Source of the DNA: Clostridia bacterium | Lineage (GTDB): Bacteria; Bacillota; Clostridia; Monoglobales; Monoglobaceae | Length of the DNA: 60,443 bases | Direction: 5' to 3' | Assembly: GCA_045596485.1 (NCBI GenBank) | Contig: JAZOCL010000089.1 | Location: 1-60,443 of the forward strand | The notes under the pieces: generated by a model | Database searches by the model: none | The model's input: the letters and a program-made list of their open reading frames with translations, nothing else | Told to the model about the DNA's origin: nothing | In this document: piece after piece, positions 6,844 through 15,602 of the stretch | Numbering within the stretch: position 1 is the first letter of the stretch | Layout of the letters: the number at the start of each line of letters is the position of its first letter | Translations under genes and position numbers: made by a program

Positions 6844-7404
6844 ATGACAAGAGACGAGTTGAGAGGAATTATTGAGGGAATATCTGACGAACAGCTAAAG
6901 AAAATTCTTGATATTAATTCCGCAGACATCGGAAGGGTTAAGCTTGGCACTGAAAAAATAAAGGCTGAGCTTGACGGGGCAAATCTGAAGATTTCGGATA
7001 TGGAAAAGGAAATGGAGTCTTTAAGACAAGGTCAATGTGAGGCAGAAGAAATGAAAGTAAAGGTTGAAGAGCTGCAAAAAGTCATTGACCAAAGAAGACT
7101 TGAAGACGAGGCTCGGGCAAAGGAGGCTGCCTTTGAGGAAAGATTTTCGGCAGCGGCAGGTGAGGCTAAATTTTTGAACGACTATACCAGACAGGGAATT
7201 TTTGCTTTGTTTCAGGAGGCTCTTGAGGCAGAGGAAAATCAGGGCATGTCGGACAGCGAGATTTTTGCAAGTCTCACAAGGGACGCAGTCAATATTTTTG
7301 AAGCCGAAAAGGATGTTCCCTCGGTGGTTGCTTCGACATCGGGCTTCGGCGGGGATTTGAGCCGCGGCGATGTTCGGGAGATTATGGGTTTGTCACGTGA
7401 ATGA
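6844..7404 (+). CDS. phage scaffolding protein (GP20-like)
   Basis: Coiled-coil, acidic 186-aa protein between portal and MCP. The N-terminal LKKILDINSADIG region resembles the Phage_GP20 family. Confidence 0.7.
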   Translation: MTRDELRGIIEGISDEQLKKILDINSADIGRVKLGTEKIKAELDGANLKISDMEKEMESLRQGQCEAEEMKVKVEELQKVIDQRRLEDEARAKEAAFEERFSAAAGEAKFLNDYTRQGIFALFQEALEAEENQGMSDSEIFASLTRDAVNIFEAEKDVPSVVASTSGFGGDLSRGDVREIMGLSRE

Positions 7405-7446
7405 GGAGAGTAAAACTCTTCAATATTAATTTTCGGAGGAAAAATT

Positions 7447-8319
7447 ATGGCTAATGCAATTGAAAAATTCAAGAAGTATATTGACACTCTTGACGAGGTG
7501 TATAAGGTGGCATCCGTTACCTCGGTGCTTGACGGCAACAACCGTTTGGTGAAGATGGGTGCAAATGCAAATGAAATTATTATTCCTAAAATGTCAATGG
7601 ATGGTCTTGCTGATTACAGCCGTGAGAACGGTTACGTGGGCGGAGATGTTACGCTCACAAATGAAACTGTCACCTTCAATTATGAACGCGGACGTTCATT
7701 CACCATTGACGCAATGGACAACGAAGAAACAGCAGGTGTTGCCTTTGGTCAGCTTTCGGGAGAGTTTATCCGCACAAAGGCGGCTCCCGAGATTGATGCC
7801 TTTCGTTTTGCACAGTATGCAGGCACAGAGGGTATTGCCAAGGTTGCGGCAAATCTTTCGGAGGCTGATGCCACACTTGCGGCGCTTATTGCAGCCCAAA
7901 ATGCAATGGATGAGGCTGAGGTTTCAATGGAAAGCAGAATTCTTTTCATTACACCCACGCTTTATAACGGTGTTATGAACATTGACACCACAAAGTCAAA
8001 GGCAGTTCTGGATTCCTTCAGCCAGATTGTGAAGGTTCCCCAGAGCAGATTCTATACCGCTATCAATCTTTTTGACGGTTCAACAGGCGGTGAGGAAGCA
8101 GGTCACTTTGTTAAGGCTGATGAAGGAAAGAACATCAACTTTATGATTATCGAAAAGTCTGCGGCAATTCAGTATCAGAAGCATTGCGTGAGCAAGGTTG
8201 TTACACCCGAGGAAAACCAGTCTTCGGATGCGTGGAAGTTCTTCTACCGTGCTTACGGTATTGCAGATGTTTATGAAAACAAGGTGTGCGGAGTTTATCT
8301 CCACCACGCTGAAATCTAA
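7447..8319 (+). CDS. major capsid protein
   Basis: 290 aa immediately after the scaffold gene with a strong RBS (GGAGGA). Composition and position are typical of SPP1 gp13-like MCPs. Confidence 0.8.
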   Translation: MANAIEKFKKYIDTLDEVYKVASVTSVLDGNNRLVKMGANANEIIIPKMSMDGLADYSRENGYVGGDVTLTNETVTFNYERGRSFTIDAMDNEETAGVAFGQLSGEFIRTKAAPEIDAFRFAQYAGTEGIAKVAANLSEADATLAALIAAQNAMDEAEVSMESRILFITPTLYNGVMNIDTTKSKAVLDSFSQIVKVPQSRFYTAINLFDGSTGGEEAGHFVKADEGKNINFMIIEKSAAIQYQKHCVSKVVTPEENQSSDAWKFFYRAYGIADVYENKVCGVYLHHAEI

Positions 8320-8349
8320 TTGACCGATACAGGTTTTGGGAGGATTATT

Positions 8350-8463
8350 GTGCGATTTGTAGGACTTGTGAAGGCAGCAGCCAAAGAGAAAGCTGCCGCA
8401 AAAACTGCGAAAAAGCCAAAGACCACGAATAAAGAAAGCGGTGATAATGGTGCAAAGGCTTGA
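8350..8463 (+). CDS. possible 37-aa lysine/alanine-rich small protein (not in the ORF track)
   Basis: A GTG at 8350 follows GGGAGGA. The translation is VRFVGLVKAAAKEKAAAKTAKKPKTTNKESGDNGAKA. Support is read-through only. Confidence 0.3.
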   Translation: MRFVGLVKAAAKEKAAAKTAKKPKTTNKESGDNGAKA

Positions 8464-8800
8464 TGTGAGCTATGAATACTACTTCAATATTTATAACTGC
8501 GGACATCAGGGTGACCTGAGCCGACAGGACTTTGAACGCTATATTTGCCGTGCGGAAAGAGAGCTTGAGGGGTATTTTGTCCTTGAAAGAGCTACGGACT
8601 CGCAAAAGGAGTCGGTTTGGCTTTGTGCCTGCGAGATTGCAGAGGTGCTGCATAGGTTTGACTCTCTTGATTCGGTGAAGAGCGAGACTATTGACGGGTA
8701 TTCGGTTACATATTCCGACAGAGGCAGCCTTGTTACAAAAATCCGCAGAATTGTTCTCAGACGGCTGGGAGGTACCGGACTTTTGTTTGCGGGGGTGTAA
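8441..8800 (+). CDS. head-tail connector / DNA-packaging adaptor protein
   Basis: 119 aa in the position after MCP, with a size typical of gp6/gp15-like connectors. Confidence 0.5.
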   Translation: MIMVQRLDVSYEYYFNIYNCGHQGDLSRQDFERYICRAERELEGYFVLERATDSQKESVWLCACEIAEVLHRFDSLDSVKSETIDGYSVTYSDRGSLVTKIRRIVLRRLGGTGLLFAGV

Positions 8801-8802
8801 GT

Positions 8803-9126
8803 ATGCTGAAAAACGGTGTTGCCACAATTTTTACGCTTGACCCAAAGGGCGAGAGGTTTGTCAAAAAGGGCGTTTTTGATGCGTGGATTTACCACCAAAA
8901 AAGGCTCCGGACAAATGAAAACGGTGTTTATTGCAGGGATAGCTTTGACGTGAGAATTGCTCTTTGTCTTGTTGATGAAATCCTTGAGGGAGACCTGATT
9001 TATTTTGGAGGGCTGGACGAGGCGGATTTTGCTGTGGCGAAATGCAGAAGAGTTGCAGTTGTGGGAAAGAACTGCCACGGAGCTAATCCCCATTGGCATT
9101 TACAGGCGGAATATGACTACAGATAA
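8803..9126 (+). CDS. head closure / head-tail adaptor protein
   Basis: 107 aa, tightly packed after the connector gene. Positional assignment. Confidence 0.45.
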   Translation: MLKNGVATIFTLDPKGERFVKKGVFDAWIYHQKRLRTNENGVYCRDSFDVRIALCLVDEILEGDLIYFGGLDEADFAVAKCRRVAVVGKNCHGANPHWHLQAEYDYR

Positions 9127-9325
9127 TGAAGGTATCTTAGGGAAAAACGTTAAAAACGTTTTTCCTCGTCAAAATAACATTTTGACGAGGAAATTGCAAT
9201 GCAATTTCCCGATACTTCATTGCAACGAGGTTCTCGAAAATTGTTCTTTAAACAATTTTCCAAGTAGCAAATGCCTTGCTACACTGAAACAGCGTTATCA
9301 CGCTGTTTCGCTAGAGAACACTCGT
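9125..9325. repeat. dense nest of at least 7 consecutive hairpins in a 200-bp non-coding gap, including a large palindromic element at 9125-9221
   Basis: An outer stem AATGAAGGTATCTTAGGGA (9125-9143) / TCCCGATACTTCATT (9207-9221) encloses hairpins at 9143-9163, 9164-9190 and 9190-9208. Further hairpins lie at 9237-9260, 9264-9282 and 9287-9309. Confidence 0.75.
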
Positions 9326-9330
9326 TATAA

Positions 9331-9505
9331 TAATTGTCGGTGAAATATTTTAATATTTCAGTTTGCTAAATTTAGCAAACCATTGTGAAAACTATGTTTT
9401 CACAAGCCGACTTTATTGCAATCATTCGTGGCTTTCAAACCTTTAGTTTGAAAGTTGCGGAATAAAATTCCGCTAAAACGGCGTTACGCCGTTTCCACGT
9501 CAATG
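9331..9505 (-). repeat. multi-hairpin repeat, copy 2 (inverted relative to copy 1)
   Basis: Its reverse complement equals 6561-6730 except for two loop substitutions (H2 loop C/T, H4 loop C/T). It is flanked by a perfect 7-bp direct repeat GTTATAA (9324-9330 and 9506-9512). Confidence 0.88.
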
Positions 9506-9952
9506 GTTATAAGGAAGAAAGGTGAAGAGATTTTGATTGATGAGATGGTGAAGTATCTTTCCGGGTGTCCTTACCTGGACAAGGTCGGAATAAAAATTAA
9601 TTATCTTGAGGGCAAGCCCCTTGCCTTTTCCCTTAAAATGCTGCCCACAGAGCCTGTTATGAAGCGGTATGCGGACGGCGGTGCGGTCTGTGAGGCTCGG
9701 TTTGCATTGTGTTTCAGGCAGGAATACAGCCGTGCCGAAGCCGAAAACCGTGCGGCGGCTGAGCTTTGTGAAAATGTTGAAGCCTGGATTTGTGACCAGA
9801 ACAACAAAGGAGAGCTGCCTGATTTGGGAGATGGAGTGAAGCCTCTTTCACTTGCGGTGGCAGAGAGCTTTGGGATTACCCCTACGGGCAGCATTGACGC
9901 AAGGTTTGAGGCGGAGCTGCGGTTGGTTTATTTTGTTCAATACGTGGGTTAA
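9503..9952 (+). CDS. neck / tail-completion protein (start uncertain)
   Basis: The ORF track starts at 9455, inside the repeat. ATG 9503 (also within the repeat end), TTG 9533 and ATG 9545 are alternatives after AAGGAAG/AAAGGTGA. Its position before the major tail protein supports the call. Confidence 0.45.
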   Translation: MVIRKKGEEILIDEMVKYLSGCPYLDKVGIKINYLEGKPLAFSLKMLPTEPVMKRYADGGAVCEARFALCFRQEYSRAEAENRAAAELCENVEAWICDQNNKGELPDLGDGVKPLSLAVAESFGITPTGSIDARFEAELRLVYFVQYVG

Positions 9953-10021
9953 TTTTTGTGCAGAGGGTGCGGCAAGTGGTGTCTGCACTCTCTGCCTGTG
10001 TTTTCAGAAGGAGGAAATTTT

Positions 10022-10513
10022 ATGTCAGAAATTATTAAGAGATACAAAAAGCTGGCGTTTTTTGGAGTTCCCGAAACGGGCAATGACGATTCGGCGAGCT
10101 ATGTTTTTTACCGTATGAAGGGCTTTGATGAGATTTCGACCTCAAAGAATCCCAGAGAATATTCAAGGCAGTATGTTGACGAGGAGTTTGAACAGACCGA
10201 TGTGGTGGGCTATAACCCGTCAATTACCTTCGGGTTTGACAGATTCAGCGGTGACCCTGTTCATAATGATGTTATTGAGATTTTCAATAAGGAAAAGGTC
10301 GGTTCCGATGCGGTGAGACCCATCATTATGGTGGATATGGCAAGTGATGAGAAGTCGGCTATCAAAAGAGACTTTGCGGTTATCGCCGAAAATGAGGGAG
10401 ACGGTCTGGATGCATATAAATACAGCGGAACTCTGAGAGTTAAGGGCGAAAAGGTCTTTGGTACTGCTCAGAGCGACGATGACTGGCAGACCTGCACCTT
10501 TGTGGAGGAATAA
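10022..10513 (+). CDS. major tail protein
   Basis: ATG at 10022 after AAGGAGGA. 163 aa, directly before two chaperone-position genes and the tape measure. Confidence 0.6.
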   Translation: MSEIIKRYKKLAFFGVPETGNDDSASYVFYRMKGFDEISTSKNPREYSRQYVDEEFEQTDVVGYNPSITFGFDRFSGDPVHNDVIEIFNKEKVGSDAVRPIIMVDMASDEKSAIKRDFAVIAENEGDGLDAYKYSGTLRVKGEKVFGTAQSDDDWQTCTFVEE

Positions 10514-10516
10514 TTT

Positions 10517-10855
10517 ATGAAAAAGGAATCGGAATTCAAGAAAAAGACGGTGATTTGTGAGCTTCTTGGACACAAAGCTGAAATTGCTGTAAGCAGCAAA
10601 ACTTCTGTGCTGTGCGAGAAAATAAAAAACGAAGCGCGGGCTTTGCTGAAGGAGCTTGAGGAAGAGCCTCAGGGTGACTGTGAGAATGCGAGGATTGCCA
10701 AATTTTTTAAAAAAAGCATTAAAGCTCTTGGGGGAGAAAAACTGTTTTTTGAGGCATTTGCAGAGAAGGAGGCTTCTGTGGCAGAGCTTTCAGGAGTCTT
10801 ATGCTGTATAATCTCAGCTCTGGGAGAAGCTCTTGCTGAGGATACGGAGGCGTAG
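10517..10855 (+). CDS. tail assembly chaperone (gpG position)
   Basis: 112-aa acidic, helical protein between the major tail and TMP genes. Confidence 0.5.
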   Translation: MKKESEFKKKTVICELLGHKAEIAVSSKTSVLCEKIKNEARALLKELEEEPQGDCENARIAKFFKKSIKALGGEKLFFEAFAEKEASVAELSGVLCCIISALGEALAEDTEA

Positions 10856-10861
10856 GCAAAG

Positions 10862-11431
10862 GTGAAAAACAGATTTTTGACTTATGCCGAAAAGGTTGAA
10901 ATTGGTGGAAAAGAATATGACATCAATACCGATTTTTCGGTGTGGATTGAAATTGAGCAGCTGCTGATATATTCTGACGGCGATTATGGCAGCAGGCTTG
11001 CAAAGGTTCTCTCGCTTGCCTATGCTGTTTTGCCTGAGGACCCCAAAGGAGCGGTGGAGAAGGTTTTATGGTTTTATGCTTTGGGTAGAGAGCCTGAGAA
11101 TTCGGGTTACGATTTGCCCCCGGCTCCCGTTTTTGATTTAATGGAGGATTTTGAATATATTCGTGCAGGTTTTTTAAGTGAGTTTGGCATTGATTTGCTG
11201 GAGACAAATATGCATTGGTGGCAGTTCAGAAAGCTTCTTTCGTGTCTTGGTGAGGACTCAAAGTTCTCAAAGATTGTGGCATACCGCACGACAGATACGG
11301 CAAAAATCAAAAATCGTGAGGCCAGGTTGTTTTTTGAGAGAATGAAGAAAAAATACAAACTCAAAGACAGGCGCAGCCCTGAGGAACGCGAGACAGAAAC
11401 CGCCTTGAAGCTCGAAACGCTTTTTTCTTGA
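10862..11431 (+). CDS. phage Gp15-family protein (second chaperone position)
   Basis: The N-terminus (FLTYAEKVEIGGKEYDINTDFSVWIEIEQLL) resembles the bacteriophage Gp15 family that lies before TMP in Firmicutes siphoviruses. Confidence 0.55.
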   Translation: MKNRFLTYAEKVEIGGKEYDINTDFSVWIEIEQLLIYSDGDYGSRLAKVLSLAYAVLPEDPKGAVEKVLWFYALGREPENSGYDLPPAPVFDLMEDFEYIRAGFLSEFGIDLLETNMHWWQFRKLLSCLGEDSKFSKIVAYRTTDTAKIKNREARLFFERMKKKYKLKDRRSPEERETETALKLETLFS

Positions 11432-11510
11432 GTACGGTTCTTTTGAGGAATTGCAGAGACAGACGAGGTGTTTGTCTCTGCAGAAAATCTGATTTAAAGG
11501 AAGGACTAAT

Positions 11511-12710
11511 ATGTCATTTGATTTTCAGAAATACATAGAAAATCTGGAAGCAGAGGCTGCAAAAAATGATATAGGCAAAATGCTTGCATCAGGAATCGGT
11601 GTTGGAATCAGCCAAAATTCTTATCTGGCAATTACTGCTATGGAGAATGTGTATGTTGAGCTGGAAACACTGACAAAAAATGCAGAAAAGCTTGATAAGA
11701 AACGCCGTGAGCGTGAAGTGGACAACCTTAAAAACTGTCTTGAGCTGGAGCTGATTTCGGAGCAGGAATATTATGAAAAGCTGAAGCAATACCGTGATGA
11801 GAACCTGAGACAGGGCTCTGACGAATGGTATAAATATACAGAAGAGATCATCGGCTACAACAAGCGTCTTATGGAAGAAGCAGCAGAGCAGCAGATTAAG
11901 GCAGTTAAAAAAATTCAGTCGCTTCAGCAGGAGCTGAAAGAGCATCTCATTGGCAAGGATGAGGATTGGTATTCTTCATATAAAGTTACTTTTTTGGGAA
12001 TCAATCCTAATGGTAGTGACGCTGTTTTTCATAAAAAAACACTGGAGGATTTTGAAGAAGAAATCAGACTTCTTGAAAGATACCGTGATGCCATTCTGAA
12101 GCTGAAGGCGTTGGGAAATATTCCTGACGGAGTTTTTACGGCTTTCGGCAAAATGGATGTTTTGGAGGCAGTTGAGACTGCTGAAATGCTGCTTTCGGTT
12201 GATGAGAAAACCCGAAGCAGATTTGTTGACGGGTATAACACCCGCAATGCTCTTGCTGAGACTATTGCAGGTCAGCTGAACGGAATTGTTAATAAGGAAG
12301 AGCTGGAGGCAGCAGGAATTTCTTCTGCTGAAAGCTTTAACAAAGGTTTTTTTCAGGCAGACGGTGATGAAAAAACACAGTTTGTAAAGAAGCTTGAAGA
12401 AAGCTTTGAAAGCGTTCCCGAAAGCTATTACAGCCTTGGGGAGGAGTCGGGAAGCGCCTTTGGAAAGGGTTTTCACGGTCAGGTTTCGGGTGTTGTGGAG
12501 CAGGCAAAGGGGTTTATGCTTTCAGCAATGAATGAGATTACGGCTGAACTTGCGGCTATTGCTGCAGACTTTGCAAGGTTGGTGAAGACGGGAGACTCGA
12601 ATATTTATAACACCACATATACCTTCAATTCGTCAAGAGACACAACTACTGCACAAATTGCGGCGGCAAAAAATGCAAGTGCAATGGACAGAGTGAGGGG
12701 GATAAGATAA
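11511..12710 (+). CDS. tape measure protein (short, 399 aa)
   Basis: Long coiled-coil N-terminal half, positioned between the chaperones and the distal tail protein. Confidence 0.6.
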   Translation: MSFDFQKYIENLEAEAAKNDIGKMLASGIGVGISQNSYLAITAMENVYVELETLTKNAEKLDKKRREREVDNLKNCLELELISEQEYYEKLKQYRDENLRQGSDEWYKYTEEIIGYNKRLMEEAAEQQIKAVKKIQSLQQELKEHLIGKDEDWYSSYKVTFLGINPNGSDAVFHKKTLEDFEEEIRLLERYRDAILKLKALGNIPDGVFTAFGKMDVLEAVETAEMLLSVDEKTRSRFVDGYNTRNALAETIAGQLNGIVNKEELEAAGISSAESFNKGFFQADGDEKTQFVKKLEESFESVPESYYSLGEESGSAFGKGFHGQVSGVVEQAKGFMLSAMNEITAELAAIAADFARLVKTGDSNIYNTTYTFNSSRDTTTAQIAAAKNASAMDRVRGIR

Positions 12711-13567
12711 TGAGCCTTACAATTACATACAAAAACGAGCTGGGAATGGTGACAATGCAGGGCGGGGGCGATGCTTCTTCGTTTCGGATAACTGCAATCG
12801 AAGGGCTGGGGCTTGTCAGCAGAGAGTATAGCACAGCGGTTTATTCGGGGTATGACGGTCAGGAAACTCTGAGCTCAAGAGCCGAAGCCCGAACCATTAC
12901 AATCGGTCTTGAGGTTATGGATAAGGATGTGACAAAGGCTGTGCGCTCCGCTCTTCAGGTGCTTGGCCGTGAAGGAACGCTATATATAAAAAGTGAGAAC
13001 ACAGACAGGCGGATAAGGTGTAGTCAGGTATATGCTCCTGATATTACCAGAGTTCTTCGGGGCGAGATTGCCACCTTTGCTCTGCAGCTTGTCTGTGACA
13101 GCCCGTACTTTGAGGACGGCACAGACACGGTTGTTCCCCTTTATCAGAGAACAAAGCTCCTTGAAACGCCCTTCACCCTTCCTGCGGTGTTTGGCAACAT
13201 TGTTGTTGGAGCAACCGTAAGGATTTTGGGTACGATTTCGGTTGAGCCGATAATCACTCTGTATTATCCTTCGGCTTTGGAAGGAATTGAGAGCATTGTC
13301 ATAAGAAACGAGACCACAGGTGCGTCAATTCAGCTTGATTATGCGCCGCAGGCCGATGATACGGTTACTATTGACATCAAGAACCGCAGAATTTCAAGCT
13401 CGGTAAGCGGAAACCTCATAAACTATCTGTCGGAGGATACCTTTTTGGGAGATTTTGTTCTGGTTTACGGTGTAAATATTCTGTCGGTGGATTTGGGAGA
13501 TGTGACCTCGGGCTTTACAATTGAATGCCGATACAACAATCTTTACAATGAGGCGGTGATTGTGTGA
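12710..13567 (+). CDS. distal tail protein (Dit, Sipho_tail-like)
   Basis: 285 aa, start overlapping the TMP stop. The N-terminal pattern (ITYKNELG...FRITAIEGLG) is typical of phage tail family proteins. Confidence 0.65.
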   Translation: MSLTITYKNELGMVTMQGGGDASSFRITAIEGLGLVSREYSTAVYSGYDGQETLSSRAEARTITIGLEVMDKDVTKAVRSALQVLGREGTLYIKSENTDRRIRCSQVYAPDITRVLRGEIATFALQLVCDSPYFEDGTDTVVPLYQRTKLLETPFTLPAVFGNIVVGATVRILGTISVEPIITLYYPSALEGIESIVIRNETTGASIQLDYAPQADDTVTIDIKNRRISSSVSGNLINYLSEDTFLGDFVLVYGVNILSVDLGDVTSGFTIECRYNNLYNEAVIV

Positions 13568-14694
13568 GGGATGTTCTTTTTTATGACTTCGACTTTAACG
13601 TTCTCGCAGATTATCCACGATTTATTTCGCTGAACATTGACAGGAATTATTGCGGCTTTGGTACGGCGGAACTGCATTTTTCTTTGAAGGATTCAGAGAT
13701 TATAGAACTGCTCGAAGCTAATCCCTATTTGTTCTTTGTGGCAGGTGAAAATGCGGCAATCGTGACCGGGTGGAGAATTGAAGAGGATATTGCCATATTC
13801 GGCAGAACCCCTGAATGGCTTTTGACAAAGCGCGGACTTGAGCCTTTTTCGCAAACGGGAAAAACTCCTGAGGTGATTGCCAGAGCTGCTGTGACCTCTG
13901 CTGCAGGCGACTTTTTGACACTTGGAGAGCTTTCAGGAGTGGGAGATGCACAGGATTATTCCACGGACAAGGTTAGAGTTCTTCACGATGTGGTCTGTGA
14001 GGTTCTGAAGGATCAAAATCTTGGGTTTAAGGTTGTTGCAGATGTCAAGACGAAGCAGTTTATCTTTTCGGTATTTTCAGGAACCGAAAAGCAGGTTTTG
14101 CTCTCGCCTTCAAACAGAACGGCTTATGATATGCAGTATACAGTTGAGAAACAGGATGCAGTCTCCAATTCGGGCTGGTTTTTGAGAAAGCTGGTTGATA
14201 TGGGCGAATGGAGCGCATCGGCGAACTCGCCTAAGCTTACGAACGGTGTTGCGAGTAATGCTTTCACCTATTACAAAATAACAACGGCAAGCAGCTCACG
14301 CTTTGGGCTTTCTTGTGTTAAGGGTGAATATCTTTATTGTGACAGCCGTGACGGTGTTTGGAAGACAAGTGCCGAAAAGCCTGCGGATGCCTGGGATTAT
14401 ATTGAAAATTGCGAATTGACAGGTGCAAAGAAATGGGAAGCGGTTTTAAGCGGAACAAAAACAGAGACTGAAGCAGCTATGGAGCTTGCTCAGCGGACAA
14501 AAAAAGAGTCATCGGCAGCTCAAACCAAGGGCGTGGTGTATGGCGAGGATTATCTTCTTGGAGACATTGTCAGGGTTCAGGTTGAATTTGGTGACTTCAG
14601 GAAGGCAGAGAAAAAACGCATAACCTCGGTGAGTATCTATTATGACGTAGATAAATCGGGTGTTGTGCCGATTTTTAACAGTTTGGAGGAATGA
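13564..14694 (+). CDS. Siphovirus Gp37-like tail/baseplate protein
   Basis: The N-terminus (LFYDFDFNVLADYPRFISLNIDRNYCGFGTAELHF) resembles the ReqiPepy6 Gp37-like family. It overlaps the Dit stop. Confidence 0.55.
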   Translation: MRDVLFYDFDFNVLADYPRFISLNIDRNYCGFGTAELHFSLKDSEIIELLEANPYLFFVAGENAAIVTGWRIEEDIAIFGRTPEWLLTKRGLEPFSQTGKTPEVIARAAVTSAAGDFLTLGELSGVGDAQDYSTDKVRVLHDVVCEVLKDQNLGFKVVADVKTKQFIFSVFSGTEKQVLLSPSNRTAYDMQYTVEKQDAVSNSGWFLRKLVDMGEWSASANSPKLTNGVASNAFTYYKITTASSSRFGLSCVKGEYLYCDSRDGVWKTSAEKPADAWDYIENCELTGAKKWEAVLSGTKTETEAAMELAQRTKKESSAAQTKGVVYGEDYLLGDIVRVQVEFGDFRKAEKKRITSVSIYYDVDKSGVVPIFNSLEE

Positions 14695-14697
14695 TAA

Positions 14698-15588
14698 ATG
14701 GCAATTACATACAGCTTTGTTGACGGAGCTTCATACGGACCCGAGGATATTAACAGTATAACGAGCAGCCTGGTTGGGGCAGGCGTTGCGCCCTTTCTCA
14801 CAAAGGACAGCTATAATGTGTCAGACCTGAATGTGCTCACCGAAGCTCTTGTTGAAGAGGGGGTGCAGCTTGAGGGCTGCAAGTGTGCTGTTTCAAATGT
14901 GGGGGCACAGAATATGTCTGTTTCTGTGGGTCAGGGTATTGTTTTTTTTGCAAGCGGCGCACGGCTTGAGGTGGATAGTGACGGTTATACCGTTGCGGTG
15001 ACACCGAATACGGCAGGGTATATCTATGCATATTTTAACTCTGCACTTCAAACGGCGGATATACTGTTTGCAGAGGAGCTTCCCACAGATGGCGAATCGG
15101 TAGTGCTTGCTCAGCTCACGGTGGATGGAGTTTTGAAGGATAAAAGAGTTTTTGCCCGTTCAAAGATTGGAACAATGGGAACGAATATTGCGCTTACTGT
15201 TGGTTTTACCCCTCTTGATGAGCCTGTTCTTTATTGGGAGGCAGGGTCTTTAGTCTCGTATATATTGTCAAGAGTTGAAGATGTGAATTTGAGCAAGTTC
15301 AACTTTGCTCAGGTATGCACAGACGGGGTGCTGGGAGGAAGTAATACTTCTAACATTTTGGGGTTTGGTGAATGGACAGCATTCTTTGATATAAATGATG
15401 GGACAATAAAATATGGTTTGCACGACGGAAACGTGTGGGCTGCAAACTGTCTTTATTATACTTCGTCTACAACCAGATATGAGCTAGAAATCATTGAAGG
15501 AAAGCTGTGCCTTTATGTACGTTGCTATAAAAGTGATGCAAACAGTGCCGTCAAAAGGTTGAGAGATTGCACGGCAACATTTATGTAA
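14698..15588 (+). CDS. tail structural protein (fibre or baseplate component)
   Basis: 296 aa within the tail-tip module. No family recognised. Confidence 0.4.
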   Translation: MAITYSFVDGASYGPEDINSITSSLVGAGVAPFLTKDSYNVSDLNVLTEALVEEGVQLEGCKCAVSNVGAQNMSVSVGQGIVFFASGARLEVDSDGYTVAVTPNTAGYIYAYFNSALQTADILFAEELPTDGESVVLAQLTVDGVLKDKRVFARSKIGTMGTNIALTVGFTPLDEPVLYWEAGSLVSYILSRVEDVNLSKFNFAQVCTDGVLGGSNTSNILGFGEWTAFFDINDGTIKYGLHDGNVWAANCLYYTSSTTRYELEIIEGKLCLYVRCYKSDANSAVKRLRDCTATFM

Positions 15589-15602
15589 AGGGGGGATATT
15601 TT

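Noticed and set aside
9005-9343. ORF-track entries 9005-9343, 34063-34251 and 33699-34070, which would make the hairpin regions protein-coding.
   Set aside because: They run through consecutive palindromes and repeat copies in different frames and orientations at different loci. They have no RBS, and the conserved signal is base pairing rather than codons.
6561-9505. The hairpin repeats as a CRISPR array.
   Set aside because: The repeat units are about 175 bp rather than 25-40 bp and are inverted rather than direct. They are separated by kilobases of coding DNA, and there are no cas genes in the window.
10517-11431. A programmed -1 frameshift joining the two tail chaperone-position genes.
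   Set aside because: The second ORF has its own GTG start and RBS-like GGCAAAGG 6 nt after the first stop. No slippery heptamer was seen near the end of the first ORF. The Gp15-family protein is normally separately translated.
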